Shown here: positions 8,457-16,146 of the stretch, one piece after another
Layout: each line of letters begins with the position of its first letter
Numbering within the stretch: position 1 is the stretch's first letter
Source of the DNA: an uncultured Spirochaetia bacterium
Lineage (GTDB): Bacteria > Spirochaetota > UBA6919
Length of the DNA stretch: 35,385 nt
NCBI GenBank assembly: GCA_913053665.1
Contig: CAJXGR010000001.1
Location: 1-35,385, forward strand
Direction of reading: 5' to 3'
Notes under the pieces: model-generated
Databases searched by the model: none
Told to the model about the DNA's origin: nothing
The model's input: the letters and a program-made list of their open reading frames with translations, nothing else
Position numbers and translations under genes: made by a program

Positions 8457-9551
8457 ATGATAAAAAACTATAAATCTATTATTAGTATCATCCTAGTGAT
8501 TTTAACTCTCATAAGTTGTAAGCAAAAGTCGGACCCTCAGAAAGTTAAAGACCTTAGAAATAAGGTCTCAACCCTTCAAAAAGAGATTATCAAACTCAAA
8601 CTTGATCATAAACGCAATGAAATCCTCCATGAGATTGAAATGCGATTATATAATCCCATATCAAAAGAGCGAATCGCTATTCTAAAGGGCTTAGGGTGGT
8701 GTGTCCGTTTTATAGCTGATAACGATCACTTCGACTTTATATTTACGGACTATCTTGAGATGCTCCACGAGTTAACCCTGAATGACAAAGCACCATTCAT
8801 TCAAAAGACAGCCGTTAAACTGGTGAAACTGGCCATGGAAAGAGCCACCAGCCGTTTCGACAAGATATTCTTAAAGGATCATGAGGATAAGTGGGATTTT
8901 ATCAGTATCATCCCATATTTGTATAAATACAAAATAGATAAAGCTCCTTACATCAAGTTTTACGAGAGTTTCCCTAAAGGACATCTGGCCGATCATAAGC
9001 TCACCTTTAATGAGGCCGTTAAAGCACGTAACTATGTAATTTTAGGGGATTATCTCATCGATATTCAGTATGTCCAATTTGCGAAAACCTTTTTTCCTGA
9101 TATGGCCTTTGACCTCCCCACAAACCATTTCCCGGAATACATAAAAAAGATCACCTCCCTTCCTTATGTTCATACTATCAAATCCAATGAAGATGATTAT
9201 AGTAATCAGAACTACTTTCTAACCCACGTTGTTCTTGTTCTGACCCATTTTGGTGAGAAAAAACTAAAGAATGGCCCCCTCGAAACCAGGCTTTTAAAAT
9301 ATCTAAAGGATAACATCCTAGCTGTACGCGATATAGTGAAGGATATGGACCTCTATGCGGAGTTCATCCATTGTTTGAAGTTCTATGGTCTCCATGATTC
9401 CCCCTTAGTGCAGGAAGGAGTCCAATATTTCATTTCAAGGCAGAAGGAGAATGGGAAGTGGGGAGATGAGTCCAAAGAAGAAGGCGATGACCCATACGAA
9501 ATATTCCATCCTACCTGGACAATTATTACTGCTATCAATTACGAAGGTTAA
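8457..9551 (+). CDS. lipoprotein of unknown function
   Basis: Lipobox LTLISC after a hydrophobic N-terminus. Single QW-like motif near the C-terminus (EGVQYFISRQKENGKWG). Confidence 0.55.
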   Translation: MIKNYKSIISIILVILTLISCKQKSDPQKVKDLRNKVSTLQKEIIKLKLDHKRNEILHEIEMRLYNPISKERIAILKGLGWCVRFIADNDHFDFIFTDYLEMLHELTLNDKAPFIQKTAVKLVKLAMERATSRFDKIFLKDHEDKWDFISIIPYLYKYKIDKAPYIKFYESFPKGHLADHKLTFNEAVKARNYVILGDYLIDIQYVQFAKTFFPDMAFDLPTNHFPEYIKKITSLPYVHTIKSNEDDYSNQNYFLTHVVLVLTHFGEKKLKNGPLETRLLKYLKDNILAVRDIVKDMDLYAEFIHCLKFYGLHDSPLVQEGVQYFISRQKENGKWGDESKEEGDDPYEIFHPTWTIITAINYEG

Positions 9552-9560
9552 GGGTTTTTA

Positions 9561-9597
9561 TAAATAGAAAACCCCTTCAGCAGGAGCCAAAGGGGTT
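9561..9597 (-). terminator. rho-independent terminator for the small basic-protein gene
   Basis: Minus strand reads AACCCCTT, a 12-nt loop, AAGGGGTT, then TTTCTATTTAT. It starts 48 nt after the stop codon at 9645. Confidence 0.55.
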
Positions 9598-9644
9598 AAA
9601 AGACATTTAAAATTAAGAGATAATTGCTATCCCTTCAATCACAT

Positions 9645-9899
9645 TTACTTTCCACATGGATTCTTTTTCGCATGTCTTCTTTTATGTCTTCTCTTCTTTC
9701 TTCTTTTCTTTCTTCTCTTTTTTCTTCTCTTCTTTCTCATTTTCTTCTTTTTCTTCATTTTTTTCATGTGATCATAGCCTTTTTTTGCACGGCAAGGATT
9801 ACAAGGATTGTTCTTTTCCTTCTTTACCGCATCATCGCCACACTCAGCAAAGATTCCAAGTGCAAAGATCATCAGAAGCATCAATACGATTTTTTTCAC
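9645..9899 (-). CDS. small exported hyper-cationic protein with (KKRR)n core and NPC cysteine motifs
   Basis: GTG start 8 nt after GAGGAG. Signal peptide MKKIVLMLLMIFALGIFA; mature part ECGDD..NNPCNPC..KKMKKKKKMRKKRRKKRRKKRRKKRRHKRRHAKKNPCGK. It has its own terminator. Confidence 0.6.
   Translation of the reverse strand: MKKIVLMLLMIFALGIFAECGDDAVKKEKNNPCNPCRAKKGYDHMKKMKKKKKMRKKRRKKRRKKRRKKRRHKRRHAKKNPCGK
9663..9734 (-). repeat. imperfect 12-nt coding tandem repeat (KKRR x4, HKRR, HAKK) within a long polypurine/polypyrimidine tract
   Basis: Minus strand reads aagaagagaaga aaaaagagaaga aagaaaagaaga aagaagagaaga cataaaagaaga catgcgaaaaag. The + strand is pure pyrimidine from 9687 to 9738. Confidence 0.85.
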
Positions 9900-10165
9900 G
9901 ATTCAGTCTCCTCAATTTATTTTTTTTACAATACTATAAAGTTTTTAAATAGAAAAAAACGTTAGAAAACAATAAAAAAATACCATAAATATATTGGTTG
10001 TGATAAAATATGGACTGGTGCTTTCCTGGGGGATGAAGTTATATACTTGACCTACAGCATGTTAGACACATAGGTCAATCCCTGGATCGGTAAGAAAGTT
10101 ATTACCAAAACGTTTAGTATAATTTATACCTCTTTATAGATTTCCTATAAATAAATGATTTTGTC

Positions 10166-10194
10166 TTGCCAGATTTTATTCATCTCACTATATT
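10166..10194 (+). promoter_or_regulatory. sigma70-like promoter candidate for the SDR/HEAT operon
   Basis: tgtcTTGCCA, a 17-nt spacer, then TATATT. The -10 element ends 26 nt upstream of ATG 10221. Confidence 0.45.
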
Positions 10195-10220
10195 AATCCC
10201 AAAACTTTCAATGGCTATCT

Positions 10221-11183
10221 ATGAACAACAAGATTTTAGTGACAGGAGCTACAGGATTTCTTGGCTCAAATATCGTGGCAGAACTCATCCGAGACAATCA
10301 ATATCCCAAATTATTTGTAAGGGATCCCAAGAAGCTGGATAAAAAATTAGATGGACTAGAAGTCGTTGTAGGAGATCTAAGAGATAAAAAGCTGGTAGAG
10401 AAGTCAATGGACGGTTGTAATCAAGTGATTCATTGTGCAGGCTTCGTGTCCCTCTACCCTAAAGATCGCAAACTCCTCTTTGATCTGAATTATCAGGTCA
10501 GTCTCAATGTTTTTCAGGGAGCCATGAAACAGAATATTGAAAAGCTTATCTATACAAGTTCAAGCTCCTGCCTCGGAGCCTACTACTCTTCTGATATGAA
10601 GGACAAGTTAGAAGCCTCCGAATTAGATGTCCCTTACGTCCAATCAAAGCTTTTAGCGATGAACGAAGCTTTGAATCACTACAAGAAAGGACTCCCTGTA
10701 GTTATACTATGTCCTACCCTTATTTTAGGAGAAGGAGACTGGAAACTTACCTCTTCAGAACTAATCTATCGCTTCCTAAGAAGAGAAATACCGGCTTATT
10801 TGGAGGGTGGACTGAATCCTGTCCATGTCACGGATGTGGCTTTGGCTCATATAAAGGCTTTAAAGTATGGACAACCGGGTGAAGTCTATACCATTGCAGG
10901 TTCCAAGAACTTTAGTATCCGAGATCTCTTTATGGAACTTGAAAGGCTGAGTGGTATCAAGGCTCCAAAAGCTAAAATACCTTTGTGGTTCGCTAAAACC
11001 CTGGCTTTCCTTAACGAGAGTCTATCCAGGACTCCAAAAATTACCAGAGCGGCTGTTCTGATGGGCCATTTATACTGGTACTTTGATAACAGGAAAATGA
11101 TCACAGAGCTTCACGTTACGCCAAGAGACTCCAAAACGACCCTCGAGAAATCCATCAGGTGGCTTAAGAATGAGATGCTTTAA
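10221..11183 (+). CDS. NAD-dependent epimerase/dehydratase (extended SDR; dihydroflavonol reductase/HpnA-like)
   Basis: Rossmann motif VTGATGFLGSNIV and catalytic YVQSK (YxxxK); length about 320 aa. Confidence 0.8.
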   Translation: MNNKILVTGATGFLGSNIVAELIRDNQYPKLFVRDPKKLDKKLDGLEVVVGDLRDKKLVEKSMDGCNQVIHCAGFVSLYPKDRKLLFDLNYQVSLNVFQGAMKQNIEKLIYTSSSSCLGAYYSSDMKDKLEASELDVPYVQSKLLAMNEALNHYKKGLPVVILCPTLILGEGDWKLTSSELIYRFLRREIPAYLEGGLNPVHVTDVALAHIKALKYGQPGEVYTIAGSKNFSIRDLFMELERLSGIKAPKAKIPLWFAKTLAFLNESLSRTPKITRAAVLMGHLYWYFDNRKMITELHVTPRDSKTTLEKSIRWLKNEML

Positions 11184-13308
11184 AATACTCACTTATTGCT
11201 TTTTAATTTCTCTCATATTTGGATGCACACCCCTTAAGGACCCTGTGGACAAGAAAGAGAAGGCTGTTGAAATCAGTGTCCAACGTCTTGATGAGAGTTT
11301 TGCCACGGCAAAGACCAGTGAGAAGCTGGAAATCCTTGATGATCTTAAAAAGCTGGAGGAGCCAAAAGCCGCCATCATCCTGATTCGAGCCATGTATAGC
11401 TCCAGAAAAAGAGTGCGTCAAAGGGCTATGGAGGTCTTTGATCTGTATCGATGGATTATTTTAAGGGACTTAAATATCAATTATTACGACCATTTAGATG
11501 ATTTGTTCAGACAATACCCTCTCATTATCCTTGATCAGATGGGTTATAAACAGGAATACCTGGATTTTATCGATGATCTGGAAAATAAAGGCCGTCGCGT
11601 TCAGTTTTACAAAAAAAATCCCCTGCGTTTTCTCCTTAAATCTAAAATACTTTATAAGATAATGGAAAAGCTTACAGAGAGTGAGGATAAGAGGATTGTA
11701 CAATTTTGGGCGGCCTGGATCACTGGTGAGATGGGCCTTGACTCGGAGATTTTTTACCTGATGTCGGCTGTTAAAAGCCGTAAGCCTGACAGACCAGTGT
11801 ATAACCTGAAATGTTCAGCTTTATGGGCGTTGGCAAAAATGAAACGAAGAGAGTGGAGCTTATTACTGGTTGACCTGATTAAAAATAAGAATCCTTATCT
11901 ACAGGAGTTGACGGCTATCTCTGCTGGAAAGATTTATGAGTCTAAATTCTCACCCCTCTTCCTTGACTTACTCTATTCCCAAAAGGATTTCATCACTCCT
12001 CAGCTTAAAATGGGGATCCTGTGGACTTTAACAGCCATGAAAGACAGGAACCTTGTCCCTTTCGCTAAATCGATCACCTACGTGGATGATAGCCCCTGGA
12101 TACGTATTCTCCGCCTATGGTCTCTATACATTCTTGGCTTGAACAAAGCACCCCATATTCTTGTTCAGTCCTTATTTGATTCCAACCTATACATACGTGA
12201 AGTAGCCTTGAAAGTAGTACAAAAGATGGATGACTCATCTATTGCCCATGATCTCTATCCACTGCTTAAGGATAAGTCGGCCAAGATAAGGATAAAGACT
12301 CTTAAACTATTGGCCAGGTGGGAAATCAAGGAGGCAACACTCGAAATAATCCCTCTCCTTCAAGACAAAAAGAAAGATGTAGTAAACCAAACGATTAAGA
12401 CTTTAGGGGAGTTAGCCTCCAAAAATGCGACACAGCCACTGATCCGTGTGATACAGCAGGACGATTACACAATGGGCCAAAAAGCTTTGGCAGTCGAAGC
12501 CCTTATTGAGACTGAAGATCCCAGGGCATTTAAGCCTGTTCTTAGCTTCTATCAGATAAGCCTTAAATCAAAGAAGTCTAAAGCTGTAGTGAAAGAGGAA
12601 TTTCCTGACCTCTCTCTTGTCATTACTTCTCTGGCGGATAAAGATCAGCTTCTTGAACTCCTTAAATCCTCTTCGGATGACATAAAAATAGAAGCCATTC
12701 GCTCCATCCCCTACTTTAAAAAGGACTTTCAGGATTACGATTTTATCATTCCCTTGATGAAAGGGTCGTCAAAAGAGGTCATAATCGCTATTGTCCGTCT
12801 CATTGGAGATCTGAAATATCAGAAAGCTCTCAAACTCTTAAAGAGCCTGATAAAATCAAAGAAGGTTAAAGGAAACATACGTACAGAAGCTATCCGATCT
12901 TTAGGGAAACTTAAGAATAGAAAAGGTCGACAAGTCCTAATAGATCTCATCGACGCTTTGAATCAGGAAGATAAACTCGCCGCCATCGAAGCTCTTGGTT
13001 ATTTGGGTGACAGGAAGGTTGCTTCAGCCCTAAAAGATGCCTACATCCACAGTCGATCCAGGAAAGAAAAGATTCTAATCATCCTTTCCCTTGTCCTCCT
13101 TGATCGAGTCCGATCAAAAGATTTAAAAGACTTAATGGATCTTATACAAGACCCATCTGATCAATTAAAAGACTTTGTAGAAGAGTATCTGGATAGAATG
13201 CCGATAAAAATGAGAACTCGGCTCATTCGTTCGATCCTTAGTCAGTTGGGGCCTATCTATGAAAAGCAAATCAAGGATTTTTTTAATGGCCCTGAGGAAG
13301 AAGGTTAG
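11170..13308 (+). CDS. HEAT-repeat (PBS-lyase HEAT-like) lipoprotein
   Basis: N-terminus MRCFKILTYCFLISLIFGC is lipobox-like. Many repeats of about 30-35 aa (..VRQRAMEVF.., ..IREVALKVVQKM.., ..IRIKTLKLLARW.., ..VVNQTIKTLGEL.., ..IRTEAIRSLGKL.., ..KLAAIEALGYLGD). Overlaps the SDR gene by 14 nt. Confidence 0.65.
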   Translation: MRCFKILTYCFLISLIFGCTPLKDPVDKKEKAVEISVQRLDESFATAKTSEKLEILDDLKKLEEPKAAIILIRAMYSSRKRVRQRAMEVFDLYRWIILRDLNINYYDHLDDLFRQYPLIILDQMGYKQEYLDFIDDLENKGRRVQFYKKNPLRFLLKSKILYKIMEKLTESEDKRIVQFWAAWITGEMGLDSEIFYLMSAVKSRKPDRPVYNLKCSALWALAKMKRREWSLLLVDLIKNKNPYLQELTAISAGKIYESKFSPLFLDLLYSQKDFITPQLKMGILWTLTAMKDRNLVPFAKSITYVDDSPWIRILRLWSLYILGLNKAPHILVQSLFDSNLYIREVALKVVQKMDDSSIAHDLYPLLKDKSAKIRIKTLKLLARWEIKEATLEIIPLLQDKKKDVVNQTIKTLGELASKNATQPLIRVIQQDDYTMGQKALAVEALIETEDPRAFKPVLSFYQISLKSKKSKAVVKEEFPDLSLVITSLADKDQLLELLKSSSDDIKIEAIRSIPYFKKDFQDYDFIIPLMKGSSKEVIIAIVRLIGDLKYQKALKLLKSLIKSKKVKGNIRTEAIRSLGKLKNRKGRQVLIDLIDALNQEDKLAAIEALGYLGDRKVASALKDAYIHSRSRKEKILIILSLVLLDRVRSKDLKDLMDLIQDPSDQLKDFVEEYLDRMPIKMRTRLIRSILSQLGPIYEKQIKDFFNGPEEEG

Positions 13309-13367
13309 AAAGCAGACTATGGCGATTTTATCTGTGTCAAAGTGAAGCACAGAATCAGGAGGTCAGA

Positions 13368-13718
13368 GTGATTTCAGGAATGAATATTGACAAGTTCTTA
13401 AAAGACTGTATTAAGCAATATCCCAACTCCCTTGTGATGCAGTTTGCCAATCTGAAAGCCCAAAAAGAGATTATGAAGTTCATGATTCATGACTTTCTCC
13501 CAGAGTGGAAGAAGGCTGTCACCCGGTACATGGATGACAAAGGCCTAAGAGAACTGGATGAAGACGTTATCCTTCAGGAGATTCACGCTAAACTCTATCT
13601 AGAAAAGGGCTTTTCAGCCAAAGAAAGTGAACTCTTCAAAAACTCTGATCCTGAAGGCCATAAAAGGTTTATGGAAAAGGGTGTTCGCCAGGCTATGGAT
13701 CACAAAAATCCTGACTGA
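13368..13718 (+). CDS. small cytoplasmic protein of unknown function
   Basis: GTG start 5 nt after AGGAGG; 116 aa with no signal peptide; its stop lies 2 nt from the stop of the convergent GT2 gene. Confidence 0.5.
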   Translation: MISGMNIDKFLKDCIKQYPNSLVMQFANLKAQKEIMKFMIHDFLPEWKKAVTRYMDDKGLRELDEDVILQEIHAKLYLEKGFSAKESELFKNSDPEGHKRFMEKGVRQAMDHKNPD

Positions 13719-13720
13719 TC

Positions 13721-14761
13721 CTATGAACTATCAATAGATCGTGTCTTATACAGTCGTATCCATTCTCGAATTGCCTCTTTCAATGATACAATCACCTTCT
13801 GTTTGAACAATTTCCTGTCAGAAACCTTTCGCATCTTTTGGACAAACCTTCTATTGCGAGCCATTGTAGGTAAGAGGTAAATAACAGACCCATAGGCTTT
13901 TATAATAGACCACATACTTTGGTATTTAAAGCGAAAAGCGAAAGCAACAAGTTGAAGAGTGTGGTAAATCAAGTTAAATACCATTGGAATCAATAGATAG
14001 GTCAGTTGATAGTTCTTCAAAACGTTCAACATACTGTTACGTGTCCCGTAAAAGAGTCGGAAGGGGTTCTCTTTGGCTCCCCCGGATGTTCCGCCAAACT
14101 TGTGATAGACCACCGATTCAGGAACGTAAACCACACGATAGCCTATGAGCCAATAACGCCAACATAAGTCGATATCCTCAAAATATAGAAAGTAAGAGGG
14201 GTCAAAACCACCTAAGTCTATAAAGGTTTGCTTTTTAACCATCATAGAAGCACCACACACGGCTCCCTTGTCCTCCTGGACATTGTATTCCTCCCTGTCA
14301 TCATTTAGAAAGCCGATGTCATAGCCCTGGCCGTTGAAAACAATATTGCCTCCTGCCGAATTCACCTTCTCAGGATGATCATAGAATAGTAACTTGCTAC
14401 CCACTACTCCCACACCAGGATCCCTTGTCATAACCTCATGCAAAGCCTTTAACCACCCCTTTTCGACCTTCGTGTCATTGTTTAAAAAGACGATATACTC
14501 CCCTAAAACCTCTTCAACTCCCAAATTATTCCCCATGGCAAAGCCGTAATTCTGATCCAGCGAAACGATACGGATTTCAGGAAACTCCCGTTTCATATAC
14601 TCACAGCTTCCGTCTTCTGACTGGTTATCTAAAAACAATATTTCATAATCCCTAGCCTCAGACGCTAAAAGAGATTCAAAACACTCCTTTAAATACTTCT
14701 TACCATTATAATTCAAGACTAATACTGAAATCTTTGGTGGATCACTCATGAACGGTTCCAT
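13721..14761 (-). CDS. family 2 glycosyltransferase
   Basis: ISVLVLNYNGKKYLKECFESL...FLDNQSEDGS...FLNNDT and the DxD-like FEDIDL are typical GT2 (GT-A fold) motifs. Confidence 0.85.
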   Translation of the reverse strand: MEPFMSDPPKISVLVLNYNGKKYLKECFESLLASEARDYEILFLDNQSEDGSCEYMKREFPEIRIVSLDQNYGFAMGNNLGVEEVLGEYIVFLNNDTKVEKGWLKALHEVMTRDPGVGVVGSKLLFYDHPEKVNSAGGNIVFNGQGYDIGFLNDDREEYNVQEDKGAVCGASMMVKKQTFIDLGGFDPSYFLYFEDIDLCWRYWLIGYRVVYVPESVVYHKFGGTSGGAKENPFRLFYGTRNSMLNVLKNYQLTYLLIPMVFNLIYHTLQLVAFAFRFKYQSMWSIIKAYGSVIYLLPTMARNRRFVQKMRKVSDRKLFKQKVIVSLKEAIREWIRLYKTRSIDSS

Positions 14762-15980
14762 TTTTCCCCGTAAACCTTGTTTGACTACCCTTTAAGACTG
14801 ATAACAAGTTCCTTATAGATATCTGTCCCCTTAAGACTCTAATCACCAAGCGAAATCCTCCAAGAGCGTAGGACAGAACCCATAGAACCCTGGAATACCG
14901 AATAATCTTTATAAGACGATGTTTTAAGGATTGCAATTCCTCTTGACTCATCTGAGAGATGCCATCATCCTCGATTTTGGAGATCAGTTCCTGCCATTTT
15001 TGAGTGGCGTATTTTAGATCATAATGCTGACAGACTGTCTTGTACGCCTGATCTTGTAATTCTTTTCGCATGCCTGTATCTTTCATAAGCTTATGGATAG
15101 CCTTTTCCCAGGCTTCCCTGGTGTTATCCACAAGGAGAGCGTTGATCTCATCTTTAATAGGATCGATATTATAGGGTGGAACATTGCTATATATACCAGC
15201 GATCCCCAGAGCCGAGTACTCAACAAACTTGATCACGGATTTATGGGCATGAAAGTCTGTTTCTTCCAGGGGAACAAGAGCAATATCGATCCTCAGATCC
15301 TCTACAGCCTCAAGATACGCCGTATAGGGGAAGATAAATCCCAATGAGTAGACGTTGTCATTCATCAGTAGATCAGCAGATGGCACCGTGCCAATGATAT
15401 AAAACTCTACATCGTTTAACTTTAACAGACTCTTCAAGAGATTGATAAATGGGTCTTTAAAGGTCGTCAGTTTAAAATAATCGATACTCACCAGTAAGAT
15501 ACGGGTTTTATCTTTAGCCCTATTCGGCTGATGATGCCATCTGGAGACGTTGATTGTATTCTCGATCACTCTCACACTACTATTATATTGAATATACTTT
15601 TCTTTCAGCCTCTGAGTGGAGGTAGTCAGATATATAGACTGTTTTAAGAAATAGATGATTCGTTCTTTGTCCTTATGGGTCAAGGAGATGAGAGAATTTA
15701 GTGGCAGGGACAGGAGATCGTCATCAATATCGTATACAAGGACTTTTCCAAATTGAAGTGCCACGTCAGCTAATTCCTTGGATATTGGGTCAAAAGTCCT
15801 TTGAAACACTATGATCTTCGCTGATATAAAGTCACTCACTAATTCGCGGGATAATCCCCTATAACTCTCAATAATCTTGTAAGATGAGGATTTTAAGGCC
15901 TTAAATACATTCACTAAACGGATTTCAGCTGATGGATCTATTTTTCTGACGATTATCAATATTTCTGGATTATCTCTCAC
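14742..15980 (-). CDS. glycosyltransferase, GT-B (family 1/4-like)
   Basis: GTG start. The C-terminal half (..ALVPLEETDFHAHKSVIKFVEYSALGIAGIYSNVPPY...ALLVDNTREAWEKAIHKLMKD) resembles the GT1 nucleotide-sugar binding domain. Overlaps the GT2 gene by 20 nt. Confidence 0.55.
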   Translation of the reverse strand: MRDNPEILIIVRKIDPSAEIRLVNVFKALKSSSYKIIESYRGLSRELVSDFISAKIIVFQRTFDPISKELADVALQFGKVLVYDIDDDLLSLPLNSLISLTHKDKERIIYFLKQSIYLTTSTQRLKEKYIQYNSSVRVIENTINVSRWHHQPNRAKDKTRILLVSIDYFKLTTFKDPFINLLKSLLKLNDVEFYIIGTVPSADLLMNDNVYSLGFIFPYTAYLEAVEDLRIDIALVPLEETDFHAHKSVIKFVEYSALGIAGIYSNVPPYNIDPIKDEINALLVDNTREAWEKAIHKLMKDTGMRKELQDQAYKTVCQHYDLKYATQKWQELISKIEDDGISQMSQEELQSLKHRLIKIIRYSRVLWVLSYALGGFRLVIRVLRGQISIRNLLSVLKGSQTRFTGKNGTVHE

Positions 15981-16084
15981 AAATCTTCCTAAGAGTTATT
16001 TCACTATAGGTTCATAGTTCTTGGATCTAAGGAATAATAAATCTATATCTATCCCTATTGTAAAGCTTTTTTTGATAATCTGTC

Positions 16085-16113
16085 TTGCATATTTTCTGTA
16101 AATCCATTATATT
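16085..16113 (+). promoter_or_regulatory. sigma70-like promoter candidate for the 16147 lipoprotein gene
   Basis: tgtcTTGCAT, a 17-nt spacer, then TATATT. The tgtcTTGC context matches the 10166 candidate. Confidence 0.45.
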
Positions 16114-16146
16114 GCTTAATATTAAACTTGAAATGGGGAGTGTTTT

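Noticed and set aside
9552-9574. Second hairpin GGGTTTT-N9-AAAACCC just after the stop of the 8457-9551 gene, considered as its terminator
   Set aside because: No U-tract follows on the + strand. It also shares its right arm with the better minus-strand terminator hairpin, so it cannot be called independently.
9624-9965. Plus-strand ORFs of 113 and 98 aa (poly Ser/Phe/Leu) over the pyrimidine tract
   Set aside because: They are open only because the tract lacks purines needed for stop codons. They have no Shine-Dalgarno or signal logic. The minus-strand frame has a Shine-Dalgarno, a signal peptide, a terminator and codon-level evidence of selection.
10047-10078. Inverted repeat TTGACCTA-N16-TAGGTCAA in the 255-bp intergenic region upstream of the SDR gene, considered as an operator or riboswitch stem
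   Set aside because: Arms of 8 bp with a loose spacer are expected by chance several times in a window this size. I saw no flanking conserved structure, and it lies upstream of the predicted promoter. It is worth rechecking only if conserved in relatives.
15124-15132. Perfect DnaA box TTATCCACA
   Set aside because: It is a single box inside the glycosyltransferase coding sequence, with no cluster, AT-rich unwinding element or dnaA/dnaN context.
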